Assembly (NCBI GenBank): GCA_963771465.1 | Contig: CAVYTU010000019.1 | Location: 184,058 to 248,057, forward strand | Source of the DNA: an uncultured delta proteobacterium | GTDB lineage: Bacteria; Desulfobacterota; Binatia; UBA9968 | Length of the DNA stretch: 64,000 bases | Direction of reading: 5' to 3' | Made by a program: the position numbers and the translations under genes | The notes under the pieces: generated by a model | Database searches by the model: none | Told to the model about the DNA's origin: nothing | What the model saw: the letters and a program-made list of their open reading frames with translations, nothing else | Shown here: positions 37,822 through 47,692 of the stretch, one piece after another | Layout of the letters: each line of letters opens with the position of its first letter | Position numbering within the stretch: the stretch's first letter is position 1

Positions 37822-39069
37822 TTACTTTTCCGCGCGCTCGACCTCATCCAACACCGGGCTATATTTGGTCGCGCCGCCCTGTCGGCGCGGCCCGGCGCGA
37901 AAACTGCCGCTATTGAGCTTGGCGTCTTCCAACCTGAGCTTGATCGAAACGTTCTTCGCCGCATCGCGGAAGACGTTAATAGGGTCTTGGCCAGCTTGGA
38001 TTTTTTCCATCTGATCTTTCAACTGCCGGCGGAAAAGAATGATGCCTTTATCGGAGAGGCCCAGCGCCTCTTTCGTGCGATCCGCGACATCGCCCTGAGT
38101 CACCCATGCAATGATGTCTTCACCGCTGTTGTTATCGAGCAACGCCCAATCTGGCTCGCCCGTCGCATCGACGCCCGGCACCGGCACTTGGTAGAAGGGA
38201 ATAACTTCCTGCGGCGCCATCCCGGCGCCACGTTGATAGCACGTGTACCACAGGTGCAGCGTGTGCGTGTCGTCGATCGGCACACGGATTTGAAACGTCG
38301 GCCGCTGCGTGCTGCCGCTGAGAAGTATATTGGGGAAGAGCACCGGATGGCCCACCTGCCAATCTTCGTTTTCTTCTGTCTCGCCTTCGAGCATCCGGGT
38401 TTTGATGATACCGTGCTCGAACTCGCGGAAGTTGATCATCTTATGGCTCACCGGCTGGCCTTTGAACTCCGTCCGTCCCAGACGCTCTTGGACGTGATTG
38501 AAAAAATGTTGGTGCAGCCACTCGACATGCACCGGGTCGAGAGAGTTTTCCATGATCTGCAGCCAATTGCACGGCACAATCGCCGCGCCGATATCGCGCA
38601 GCACGCCGTCGCGCACGAACAGCTCCCAGCGCGGCAACAGCGGCGCGGGCTCCGGGCCGAGATAGGCAAAGACCAGCCCGCCCAGTTCTTGTACGGGATA
38701 AGACGGCATGCGAATGCGATCTTTGAACGTGCTGCTTGGATCCTCCGCGGTTTCATAAGGCTGCTCCAGACATTTGCCGTCCCGGCCGTAGAGCCAACCA
38801 TGGTACGCACATCGCAAGCCTTCCTTTTCTGGAATGCCGAGCATCATCGACATACGCCGATGCGCGCACTGCGGGCCGATCAATCCCGGCCGCCCCTGCT
38901 TATCGCGATAGAGCACTAAGTCTTCGCCCAGTATCCGCACCGCCTTGGTGGGTTTCTCGATTAACTCCGAAGACGCGGCGATCGGATACCAATAGCGCCG
39001 CAGCAAATCCCCCATCGGCGTGCCGCGCCCGACTTTAGTCAGCTGTTCATTTTCTTCCTGGCTCAACAT
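37822..39069 (-). CDS. Rieske non-heme iron oxygenase
   Basis: CAH...CAYH; ENSLDPVHVEWLH; EDIIAWVTQG; close paralog of 31937-33163. Confidence 0.9.
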   Translation of the reverse strand: MLSQEENEQLTKVGRGTPMGDLLRRYWYPIAASSELIEKPTKAVRILGEDLVLYRDKQGRPGLIGPQCAHRRMSMMLGIPEKEGLRCAYHGWLYGRDGKCLEQPYETAEDPSSTFKDRIRMPSYPVQELGGLVFAYLGPEPAPLLPRWELFVRDGVLRDIGAAIVPCNWLQIMENSLDPVHVEWLHQHFFNHVQERLGRTEFKGQPVSHKMINFREFEHGIIKTRMLEGETEENEDWQVGHPVLFPNILLSGSTQRPTFQIRVPIDDTHTLHLWYTCYQRGAGMAPQEVIPFYQVPVPGVDATGEPDWALLDNNSGEDIIAWVTQGDVADRTKEALGLSDKGIILFRRQLKDQMEKIQAGQDPINVFRDAAKNVSIKLRLEDAKLNSGSFRAGPRRQGGATKYSPVLDEVERAEK

Positions 39070-39113
39070 GACTCACCTCTCCATTGTGATTAAACGATCG
39101 AACAAAATTTCAT

Positions 39114-39186
39114 ACCACGAAGGACACAAAAGCCACAAAGTTCAGAATCGGATGATTTCCTTTGCGCCTTTTGCGTTCTCTGCGGC
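39114..39186. repeat. REP-like inverted repeat (CACGAAG / CTTTGCG family)
   Basis: accacgaaggacacaaaagccacaaag ... ctttgcgccttttgcgttctctgcgg; related element at 53532. Confidence 0.6.
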
Positions 39187-39199
39187 CATTCTCCGAATC

Positions 39200-40378
39200 C
39201 TACTCTTTCTTCTTCGCCGCCTCAGCCTGCGCTTCACTGATAACTTTGGCAATAGGCTTCATCTCGAAAAACTCCGGGTTCCATTGCGGCACATATTTTA
39301 CCCCAGGATTGAGTCGGTTGCGCGGCGCTATTTCATCCTTGGAAATGTCAATTCTGAGCGAACCCTCAGCGCCGGCATCAATATATTTTGCGCTGGTTTT
39401 TTGAAAGTCACTTTGGCCTTCGCGGGAAAGAAACCAGTTGAGAAAAACCTTGGCGGCGTTGGGATGGGGCGCTTGATTCATCAGCACCATGGTTTTCGCC
39501 CGGGTTTCGACGCCGACGCCTTCCTTGAACTGAGCCGGTTCCATGAGATCCACCGGTAGGCCCTGTGACTTCGCTTCGCTGATCGACTGATGGCGGCACA
39601 AGCAGAGCGAATACTTACCCGCCGCCAACCAGTCTTCGCCTTGCGGGTAGCGCGCATACAAGGTCGGCGCCATCTCGCCGAAAAGACGGCGCAGGAACTG
39701 CGGTCCCAACTCGGGGTTGTGATAGAAAAATCGGTCCCGGGTGGCGGCAAAGCCGCCGGCTTTCGGATCGAATACGACGATCTTGCCTTTCCACTTGGGA
39801 TCGAGCAAGTCCCAGTAGGATTTAAAACTACTCGGATTCACCGCCTTGGTGTTGTAGCCGACCAAAAACAGCGGCGCGCCGACGTAAACGAGAATGTATT
39901 TTCCCTCGGGATCGATGAAATGCTGTTTCCCCTGCCACCACTTCGACTCGTCTTTGACCTCGGGCAGGATATAGCTCGACGCGATCGGCTCGAGCACTTT
40001 GCTCTGGTAGAGCGTGTAGGGCGAAGTATTGCCCAGATTGCCAACGTCGGCGAGAAATTTTCCCGCCCGCCGCTCCGCCATGATGCGCGAAACATGCTCG
40101 CCGCCGCGCGCAGTCACGACGGAAACCTTGATCTTGGGGAATTTCTTTTGAAAGCCCGTATTGCTAATCGCCTCGCCAATCTCGGACAGGCTATAAAGTA
40201 TCAGCTGCCCTTCTTGCTCGGCCGCTTTAAGGGTGCGGTTCCACTCATCCTGCCACGCGCCGCCGGCGTCCGCCGCCAACGAGTCAGAGCGAATCAATAG
40301 CGCCACAGTCAGAGACAGAAGTAGCCTAGCGACAAGATGTAAAAAGAATATGAAGTGATTTTCCAATGAACGCAGCAT
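39200..40378 (-). CDS. Extracellular solute-binding protein (AfuA/FbpA-like)
   Basis: AAEQEG, ERRAGKFLAD, YSLCLCRH, PHPNAAKVFLNWFLSREGQ. Confidence 0.85.
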   Translation of the reverse strand: MLRSLENHFIFFLHLVARLLLSLTVALLIRSDSLAADAGGAWQDEWNRTLKAAEQEGQLILYSLSEIGEAISNTGFQKKFPKIKVSVVTARGGEHVSRIMAERRAGKFLADVGNLGNTSPYTLYQSKVLEPIASSYILPEVKDESKWWQGKQHFIDPEGKYILVYVGAPLFLVGYNTKAVNPSSFKSYWDLLDPKWKGKIVVFDPKAGGFAATRDRFFYHNPELGPQFLRRLFGEMAPTLYARYPQGEDWLAAGKYSLCLCRHQSISEAKSQGLPVDLMEPAQFKEGVGVETRAKTMVLMNQAPHPNAAKVFLNWFLSREGQSDFQKTSAKYIDAGAEGSLRIDISKDEIAPRNRLNPGVKYVPQWNPEFFEMKPIAKVISEAQAEAAKKKE

Positions 40379-40390
40379 CGATGGTTTTCC

Positions 40391-41546
40391 CTACGGCCGC
40401 TTTTCCAGCGCCGCTTCGAATACGTTGACAATCGGTTTCATATCGATCCACTCCGGGCGGCTGTCCAGGTCGAGATAGCTGACGCCGTCGGCGCGCCGGT
40501 TGATCGCTCTCAAATCGTCCTTCGGAATATCGATGCGCAGAGAGTCCGGCGCTTCGATCTTGACCTTGGCCAAACTTCTCTGCAGCGCTACCTGTCCCGC
40601 ACGCGATAAAAACCAGTTGATAAAAACCTTGGCCGCATTGGGATTGGGCGCCTTGTTGAGCAGCGACAAGGTTCCGTACAGAGTGTGCAGCCCGCCGCCT
40701 TCTTTTAGCACGCCCAGTTCACTTACGGGAACGCCTTGAGCTCCCGCGACATCGATGTCGGAGCAGAAAAAACACAAGCTAAACTTGCCGCTGGCGAGCC
40801 AGTCGACACCCTGGCGAAAGTCGCGAAAGAGCGTCACGTCCATCTCGCCGACCAGACGCTTAATAAACGTCGGGCCAATATCGGGATGGTGATAGAAAAA
40901 ACGCATCGGCGCGTTGCCGGGACCGGGGTCGCGTATGTCGCGGAAGGCGATCTTGCCTTTCCATTTGGGATTGAGCAGATCCCAATAGGATTTGAACTCC
41001 GCCGGGTCGACCAGCTTGGTGTTATACGAAATGTTGCCAAACTGCGGCACGCCGACGTAGCGAAAAACAAATTGCCCTTCCGGGTCGACGTAACGGTGTT
41101 TGCCCTGCCACCACTTCGATTCGTCCAACACTTCAGGAAGAATCAGCGCGGCCTTGATCGAATCGAAACTCTTCGCGGCATGGAGAATGCGAAAATTCGA
41201 TCCGACGCCTTCGCTGCTGATATCCGCGAGAAACTTTCCTGCTCTTCTCTCCGCCAAGATACGCTTGGCGATCTCGCCGCCTCGCCCGGTGACGGCGATG
41301 ACTTTGATCTGCGGATAAGCTTTTTGAAACTCGCCGGATTCGAGCAGCGCGCCCCAGCCGCCCATGTAGACGCTGACCTGCCCTTCTTTCTTCGCCGCCT
41401 CGACGGTCTTCTCCCATTCCTTCTTCCAGTCGTCGGCGAACTGAGCCGCGCGCGCCGAATGAAGCCCGACACTGATTGAGAATCAAACAGGAAAAAACTA
41501 ACAGAACGATCCTGGCGACAATATGACGAGTCTGAAATTGCTGCAT
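40391..41546 (-). CDS. Extracellular solute-binding protein (AfuA/FbpA-like); apparent +1 frameshift near 41478
   Basis: Signal MQQFQTRHIVARIVLLVFSCLIL continues after removing one base as ISVGLHSARAAQFADDWKKEWEKTVEAAKKEG; FSLCFFCSD. Confidence 0.8.
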
Positions 41547-41666
41547 GAGTCCGTAGTTTGTTATATGAAGAGGCAACGACAGGCAGTTGCCCCTAAAAAT
41601 CCGATTCCTTTTTACGTACTTTGCGCCCTTTGCGAACCAACTCTTTTACCAAATAGCCCGCCGCCG

Positions 41667-42815
41667 TCACGACCGCAGCCGCCCCTCTCTGACTTCTCGC
41701 TTGCTATCGGTAATCGTCTCCAAGTGAATCAGTTTGTTCTTCTCTGCGCTCCGGATCACACCGATTGGATCACGACCACGTTTAACTCTATCGATCTGCT
41801 GCTTCAACAACTTGCGGAAGACAAGAATGCCCTTGTCGCCGACGGCGAGATGCTCGCGGCTTCGATCGTAGATCGGACCGGCGGTTTCCCACGCCATATA
41901 GTCCTGCATCCAGACTTTGTCCATTCGATAGACGCCGTCGTCCTTGTGGTACGGCGCGTATTCGACGGGTGGGTCGTCGCGTTGAGCCATCGGTGCACCG
42001 TCGCTGGATTCGATCAAATAGACTTCAAAAAACAACGTATGAGCATCGTCCTCGGGCACACGGTACTGTAAGTAATGCTCTCTGCCGTGATGTTGGCGCA
42101 GCATGTTGGGAAAAACCAGCGGGTGCGCGTTGACCACGCGCAGCTCACCATCGCCATTAGCGGCATAACGTTTTTTCATGATGCCGCAGTCGACCACTTG
42201 GAATTCATATTTTTGCGTTTCAGCGGCGCTGTCGCCATGCACCGGGCGGCCGGTTCTCTGGCTGTGAAGATAATGATTGTGCGTCGGGTCCACGGAGTTT
42301 TCCATCGGCTGCAGCCAACTGCAGTCGAGTCGCGGCAGCACGACGATGCGCCGTTCGCCGTCGGCGCGCGCCAGCACGTCATAGCGCGGCAGTAGCGGCA
42401 CCGGCTTCGGACCCATGTAAGCAAACAGCAAGCCCGCCAGTTTTTGCACGGGATACGCCGGCTGGTGGATGCGATTTTTATACGTGCTGTTGGCCGGTTC
42501 GGCCGGCTGCTCGACACATTTCCCTTCGCGGTCAAACAGCCAGCCGTGATACGGACAGCGAATGTTGCAGCCTTCGATTTTACCATAGGCGAGCGAGGCG
42601 CCGCGATGCGGGCATTGCTCTTCGACCAGACCGTAATCGCCATCATCGCCGCGATAGAGCACCAAGTCTTCGCCCAAAATGCGCAGCCGCTTGATCGGCC
42701 GCGTATTCAGTTCGGCCGCTACCGCCACCGGATGCCAATAACGGCGCAACAACTTTCCCACCGGCGATCCCGGCCCGACTCGAGTGAGTTTTTCGTTTTC
42801 ATTCTTGCTCAACAT
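41667..42815 (-). CDS. Rieske non-heme iron oxygenase
   Basis: CPH...CPYH; ENSVDPTHNHYLH; QDYMAWETAG. Confidence 0.9.
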   Translation of the reverse strand: MLSKNENEKLTRVGPGSPVGKLLRRYWHPVAVAAELNTRPIKRLRILGEDLVLYRGDDGDYGLVEEQCPHRGASLAYGKIEGCNIRCPYHGWLFDREGKCVEQPAEPANSTYKNRIHQPAYPVQKLAGLLFAYMGPKPVPLLPRYDVLARADGERRIVVLPRLDCSWLQPMENSVDPTHNHYLHSQRTGRPVHGDSAAETQKYEFQVVDCGIMKKRYAANGDGELRVVNAHPLVFPNMLRQHHGREHYLQYRVPEDDAHTLFFEVYLIESSDGAPMAQRDDPPVEYAPYHKDDGVYRMDKVWMQDYMAWETAGPIYDRSREHLAVGDKGILVFRKLLKQQIDRVKRGRDPIGVIRSAEKNKLIHLETITDSKREVREGRLRS

Positions 42816-42881
42816 GTTGTGTTACCTTCAGCATTTCGTAGTCAATTTGTAAAGGTTTCGAACGCGGCAACGAAGCGGCAT

Positions 42882-43994
42882 TTACTTCGCCAGTTCCGTG
42901 ACGAAAGCCTGTATCGATGTGCGATCCCAAACCTCCGGTCCCCACAGACGGATATATTTAACTCCCGGCTGGCGCTGCGCCCACCAGGGTAGATGATCTT
43001 TGGGCAGATCTTCACGCAACGAATTTTGTCCCGGCTCGTTGGGCCCGGTTTTTTGCACCGTCATCTGTCCCTCACGGGACAAGAACCAGTTGATGAGCAC
43101 CTTGGCCGCATTCGGATGCGGCGCGCGGTTGGGTAGCGCGATCATGGTTCCGCCTGCCTCCAAACCGACGCCGTCTTTTTTAAATGCATGAGCGTTCATC
43201 ATATCGACCGGTAACCCCTGGGTTTTAGCCTCTTCAACCTCCGTCGCTTTCGCCGTCAGCGCGAGCGGAAATTTACCGCCGGCAAGCCAATCGGTTTGTT
43301 GCCGCTCATCGCGAATCAACGTGAGCGCCGCAACTGAAAAAAGCTTCTTGATATACTCCGGCCCGAGTTGGGGATTGTGATAGAGAAATAGCAGCGGACT
43401 GCCACCGCCGGGCTCTCTTGGGTCCTTGATCGTGATCTTACCTTTCCACTTGGCGTCGAGCAGATCGCCGTAGCTGCGCAGCGCCTGGGGGTCGACTATC
43501 TTGTTGTTGTAGCCCAACAGGTGCAGCGGAAATGCCGCATAGACAAAGACGAACTGATTCTCGACGTCGTTATAGTGATGTTTGCCGTCGAGCCATTTCG
43601 AGACGTCCTTAACCTCCGGCAGAATGAGCGTTGTGTTGAGCGGGTCCAGCGCCTTGGCCTTGAAAAGCGCGGTCGTCGTGCCGCCGCCCAGCCGGACCAC
43701 ATCGGCGAGATATTTTCCCGCCCTGCGCTCGGCCAGCAGCCGCTGCTGGATTTGCGCCGCGCCGCCGGGTACTAGGACAACTTTGATTTTCGGATACTTT
43801 TTCTGAAAGGCGTTCCATTCCGTATCGCCGGAAATCTTATAGACGACCACCTGACCTTCCTGCTCCGCAGCTTTGACGGTACGTTCCCATTCCGTCTCCC
43901 AGCTGATTTCAGCCGAGGACGCCTTGCCGGCGAAGAAAATGATCAGCAGCGCAAGTAGAGAAATTGCCTGAATCGGAATAGTCCTTTCTATCAT
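42882..43994 (-). CDS. Extracellular solute-binding protein (AfuA/FbpA-like)
   Basis: Signal, WERTVKAAEQEG, APHPNAAKVLINWFLSREGQ. Confidence 0.85.
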   Translation of the reverse strand: MIERTIPIQAISLLALLIIFFAGKASSAEISWETEWERTVKAAEQEGQVVVYKISGDTEWNAFQKKYPKIKVVLVPGGAAQIQQRLLAERRAGKYLADVVRLGGGTTTALFKAKALDPLNTTLILPEVKDVSKWLDGKHHYNDVENQFVFVYAAFPLHLLGYNNKIVDPQALRSYGDLLDAKWKGKITIKDPREPGGGSPLLFLYHNPQLGPEYIKKLFSVAALTLIRDERQQTDWLAGGKFPLALTAKATEVEEAKTQGLPVDMMNAHAFKKDGVGLEAGGTMIALPNRAPHPNAAKVLINWFLSREGQMTVQKTGPNEPGQNSLREDLPKDHLPWWAQRQPGVKYIRLWGPEVWDRTSIQAFVTELAK

Positions 43995-44068
43995 GGCAGC
44001 TCCTTATGCGAACGTGAGAAATTCGCTCTGAATTGCTGTTAGATTCGATCTTGGCTCTTTCTCTGCGG

Positions 44069-44098
44069 AAGGTACCGAAAAGCCTCCTCCCCTGTCAA
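44069..44098 (-). promoter_or_regulatory. Putative sigma70 promoter for the SBP-Rieske unit
   Basis: Minus strand TTGACA-N18-TACCTT. Confidence 0.35.
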
Positions 44099-44202
44099 CT
44101 GAACCTAGGTTCAATGGCACAAGTAAAGTGAATCGAACTAGCTAACTTTGTTTTGAGTTTTCGCAACCACGAAAAGGTGATAAGGCTCCCTTTGGCAGCA
44201 TC

Positions 44203-44223
44203 GCAATTCGAGTTTTGAATTGC
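44203..44223. promoter_or_regulatory. Candidate operator palindrome GCAATTC-N7-GAATTGC
   Basis: Perfect 7-bp arms in the divergent intergenic region, 46 nt upstream of ATG 44270. Confidence 0.3.
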
Positions 44224-44269
44224 AGGATATCATCGTGAAAAAATTGGCACACACTGAGGAGGATTTAAA

Positions 44270-45049
44270 ATGCGGATCATGTACTTGAATCATACGTCCA
44301 AGCGCGAAGGCGGTCCGGAATACGAAGCGCGCGTCGTCGCGTTGGCAAATAGCTACGCGTCGCCGGGAACGACGGTGGAAATCCACCGCCCCGATGATCT
44401 TGGCGGCACGGAGGTGCTCGATCATCTGCGCAAAAGCCAAGCGCTGGCGGGATTGCATCACGCCCTGGAGGTTCCCTCGCTAGTCAAGAAGGTCATCGAA
44501 GCTGAACGGACGGGTTTCGATGCCGTGGTGTTTAGCAACACTTTCGACCCCGGCGTCGAAGTGGCGCGCTGCGCCGTGCGCATCCCGGTGATCGGCGTGC
44601 TGCGGGCGTCTTGCCACTTTGCCGCATCGATTTGCGATCGTTTCGGCCTGATCGCGCCGCTCGACAGTCACGCGCTCTACGCCGGTCACATCCTCGAGCA
44701 TTACGGTCTGAAGAGATTCGTCTCGGGTATCAAGGCGATCAATACCTACGACACCGGCGATCTCTCGGCGCATCACGACATGCTCTTAGAACGATTGGTA
44801 GCGATTGGCAAAGAACTGATCGCCGACGGCGCCCACGCGCTGATTCCGTTGGGCGGCAGGCTCGTGCCCTATGTGGTGAAACCGTTGGAATTGGAAGCCG
44901 AGCTAAAAGTGCCGGTGATCAACACTAAACTGGTCGGCATTCGCCAAGCGGAAACCCTGGTTCTAGGGAAAACCAGCCACAGCCTAAAAAGCTATCCTTG
45001 GGCCGCCGGACTGTCGCCGGAGAATGTTACGCGTCGGGATAGTAAGTAA
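44270..45049 (+). CDS. Asp/Glu/hydantoin racemase family protein lacking both canonical catalytic Cys
   Basis: MRIMYLN, ASPGTTV, GFDAVVFSNTFDPGV..AR..V.IPVIG, GAHALIPLG, VPVIN. Confidence 0.8.
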   Translation: MRIMYLNHTSKREGGPEYEARVVALANSYASPGTTVEIHRPDDLGGTEVLDHLRKSQALAGLHHALEVPSLVKKVIEAERTGFDAVVFSNTFDPGVEVARCAVRIPVIGVLRASCHFAASICDRFGLIAPLDSHALYAGHILEHYGLKRFVSGIKAINTYDTGDLSAHHDMLLERLVAIGKELIADGAHALIPLGGRLVPYVVKPLELEAELKVPVINTKLVGIRQAETLVLGKTSHSLKSYPWAAGLSPENVTRRDSK

Positions 45050-45105
45050 AGCGTGCCGATTTCAACGCGCCGCACTGTGAAGCGCGCGACGATATTCGTT
45101 CCATG

Positions 45106-45189
45106 CGTCTTATCGGCGCAGTCCGGTATCCAGTTTTTTCTGTTGTATTCGACGGAGAACCTGGATGCCGGTTTTCACCGGCATGACGG
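45106..45189. repeat. REP element (GTCAT...ATCCAG / CTGGAT...ATGACG family)
   Basis: ccggtatccag ... ctggatgccggttttcaccggcatgacgg between convergent genes. Confidence 0.65.
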
Positions 45190-45234
45190 AACGGCGTTCA
45201 AGCTCGAACAAAATACCCGTACAGGCAACGATCT

Positions 45235-46335
45235 CTACCTATCCGTGCATCCCGGATGATACGGCATGTTGCAGTGCGCGCCGACCTTTTTCATCGCCGC
45301 TTCAAACTCTTTGTGAATCTGCGGGTCTTCGTCTTCGAATTCGATCTGCCCGCCGCCCTCTTTGATGCTCGTGTAAGTGCCGCCTTCGCCGTCCTGCATG
45401 CGCATGAAACGAAACTTCCAGCTGCCCCAGCGTAGCGCCAGATAGCGCGCCGGATTGGCGCCGGAGTTGAAGTGTTGATGGAACCACTGATCCGGCGGCA
45501 CCACCACGCTGCCCGGCTTCCAGTCGACTCGCTGCATCTCTTGCCCCTGCTGCCACAACACCGAATAACCCTGGCCGCCGAGAATAATCACATGGGCGCC
45601 GGGGCCATGCTTGTGTCCCTTCTTGTAGGTACCGACTGGGAATTCCGAGATATGCGCGCACATGGTTTGGCCGGCGAGGTTGAACTTCATGTTGGTGCTG
45701 CCCTTGCCGCGCTCGCTGTAGTCGGTGAGCTTGATCGTGTGCGTGTCGGGCACGAAGTTGGTCGTCATGAAGAAGCGCCCGGTCACTTCGCCCTGGCCGC
45801 TGAAGTAACCTTCGGTGGACGGATCGAAGCGGTCGAGAAACGGGAAGTCGTCGCCGAATATAAAATCGACGTTGTGAAACAGATTCATCATGAAACAGGA
45901 ATTGGTCACGGCGAAATAACGCGCCGCCTCGCTGCCGCTGGCGTTGAAATGCTGATAGTGCGCGTTGATCGGCACGGCGAAAAGACTGCCCGGTGCCCAT
46001 TCAAACGTGTGTTTCTTGCCGTCTTTCTGCCACACCGAAGTCGCGCCGTACCCCTTGGTGATGTAGACCATCTCTTCGTAGAGATGCTTCTGCGGCTTGG
46101 TCTTGCCGCCGGCGGGAATCTCGCAGACGTAGCCGTCGTTGACGCCGCCCGTGCCATCGAGCACGACAAATGAACAGGGCACGCCCTTCAAATCCCACGG
46201 TTCGACCTCGACCTTGTTCAAGTCTTCGACAAAAAAGCCGCGCACCACCGGGATTCGTTGGGCCGCTTGCCATTCTTTGTAGGTATCGACTCGCTCCGGT
46301 TTGAGATCGACAGGTTGCTGTCTAGTTTCCGCCAT
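45235..46335 (-). CDS. Bicupin protein (gentisate 1,2-dioxygenase-like fold), copy 1
   Basis: QKHLYEE, YQHFN, GHKHGPGAH, WFHQHFN. Confidence 0.8.
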   Translation of the reverse strand: MAETRQQPVDLKPERVDTYKEWQAAQRIPVVRGFFVEDLNKVEVEPWDLKGVPCSFVVLDGTGGVNDGYVCEIPAGGKTKPQKHLYEEMVYITKGYGATSVWQKDGKKHTFEWAPGSLFAVPINAHYQHFNASGSEAARYFAVTNSCFMMNLFHNVDFIFGDDFPFLDRFDPSTEGYFSGQGEVTGRFFMTTNFVPDTHTIKLTDYSERGKGSTNMKFNLAGQTMCAHISEFPVGTYKKGHKHGPGAHVIILGGQGYSVLWQQGQEMQRVDWKPGSVVVPPDQWFHQHFNSGANPARYLALRWGSWKFRFMRMQDGEGGTYTSIKEGGGQIEFEDEDPQIHKEFEAAMKKVGAHCNMPYHPGCTDR

Positions 46336-46367
46336 TGGGATATCCTCCGAATAAATGGGTCAGAAAT

Positions 46368-46451
46368 TCATTTCCGGCGCAGGCTGGAATCGTGTTCTTT
46401 AACGGCAAATCGAAATTCGAAGCTGGATGCCGGATTTTGCCGGCATGACGG
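46368..46451. repeat. REP element (same family as 45106 and 58188)
   Basis: ctggatgccggattttgccggcatgacgg. Confidence 0.6.
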
Positions 46452-46506
46452 ACGTTCGCCGCGCGTTTTGACTAGGAGGGAGTTCGCCCATCCCTAAATA
46501 ATTCGC

Positions 46507-47610
46507 TTAACGCTGCGTGCAGCCCGGATGATAGGGCATATTGCATTTCGCGCCCGCCGCTTTCATCGCCGCTTCGAAGTCTTTATGGACTTGCGGATCT
46601 TCGTCTTCGAACTCGATCTGGCCGCCGCCCAATTTTACACTGGTAAATGTCCCGCCTTCGCCATCCTGCGAGCGCATGAATTTGTAGCGCCAATTATTCC
46701 AGCGCAGCGCCAAATAGCGCGCCGGCGCGGCGCCCGAATTGAAATGTTGATGGAACCATTGATCCGGCGGCACCACCACGCTGCCGGGTGTCCAATCAAC
46801 GCGCTGCGGCGCTTGGCCTGCCGGCCACAACACGGAATAGCCCTGGCCGGAGAGAATGATCACATGCGCGCCCGGTCCGTGTTTATGTCCCTTCTTGTAA
46901 GTGCCGACGGGAAACTCCGAAATATGCGCGCCCATGGTATTACGCGCCAGATCGAACTTCATGTTGGTGCTGCCCTTGCCCCGCTCACTGTAGTCCGTGA
47001 GCTTGATGTTGTGCGTGTCGGGCACGAAGTTGGTGGTCATGAAAAACCGCCCGGTGATGCTCCCTTCGCCGTTGAAGTAACCTTCGGTGTGCGGATCGAA
47101 GCGGTCGGCAAACACATAGTCGCTGTTGAAGATGTAATCGCTGTTGTGAAACAGATTCATCATGAAGCAGGAATTGGTGACCGCGAAGTAACGCGCGGTT
47201 TCGCTGCCACTGGCGTTGAAGTGCTGGTAGTCGGCGTTGATCGGGATCGCGAACATGCTGCCCGGCCCCCACTCAAAAGTATGCTTCTTCTTGCCGTCTC
47301 GCTGCCACACCGTGGTCGCACCGTAGCCTTTGGAGACGTAGACCATTTCTTCGTACATATGTTTCTGCGGTTTAGTTTTACCGCCAGCGGGAATCTCGCA
47401 GACATAGCCATCGTTGGTGCCGCCGGTGCCGTCGAGCACAACGAAGGAACAAGGCACGCCTTTTAAATCCCACGGCTCCACCGGAAGTTCATTTACGTCC
47501 TTGACGAAGAAACCGCGCACGCAGGGAATCTTCTGCTCCGCCTGCCAAACTTTATAGGTGTCGACCCGCTCGGGTTTGAGATCGACCGGTTGTTGATTCA
47601 TTTCCGCCAT
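46507..47610 (-). CDS. Bicupin protein, copy 2 (tandem duplicate)
   Basis: Nearly colinear with 45235-46335; same His motifs. Confidence 0.8.
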   Translation of the reverse strand: MAEMNQQPVDLKPERVDTYKVWQAEQKIPCVRGFFVKDVNELPVEPWDLKGVPCSFVVLDGTGGTNDGYVCEIPAGGKTKPQKHMYEEMVYVSKGYGATTVWQRDGKKKHTFEWGPGSMFAIPINADYQHFNASGSETARYFAVTNSCFMMNLFHNSDYIFNSDYVFADRFDPHTEGYFNGEGSITGRFFMTTNFVPDTHNIKLTDYSERGKGSTNMKFDLARNTMGAHISEFPVGTYKKGHKHGPGAHVIILSGQGYSVLWPAGQAPQRVDWTPGSVVVPPDQWFHQHFNSGAAPARYLALRWNNWRYKFMRSQDGEGGTFTSVKLGGGQIEFEDEDPQVHKDFEAAMKAAGAKCNMPYHPGCTQR

Positions 47611-47692
47611 TAAAACTTCCTCCGGGTGAATTTCTAGCTACGTCTGATTTTCGACTGATTCCGTCCGAAAGCTTGAACAAACGGCCAGCGCC

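Noticed and set aside
44114-44132. Sigma54 promoters at TGGCAC sites (also ~3700, ~33213, ~44246)
   Set aside because: None has the TTGC -12 element at the required spacing.
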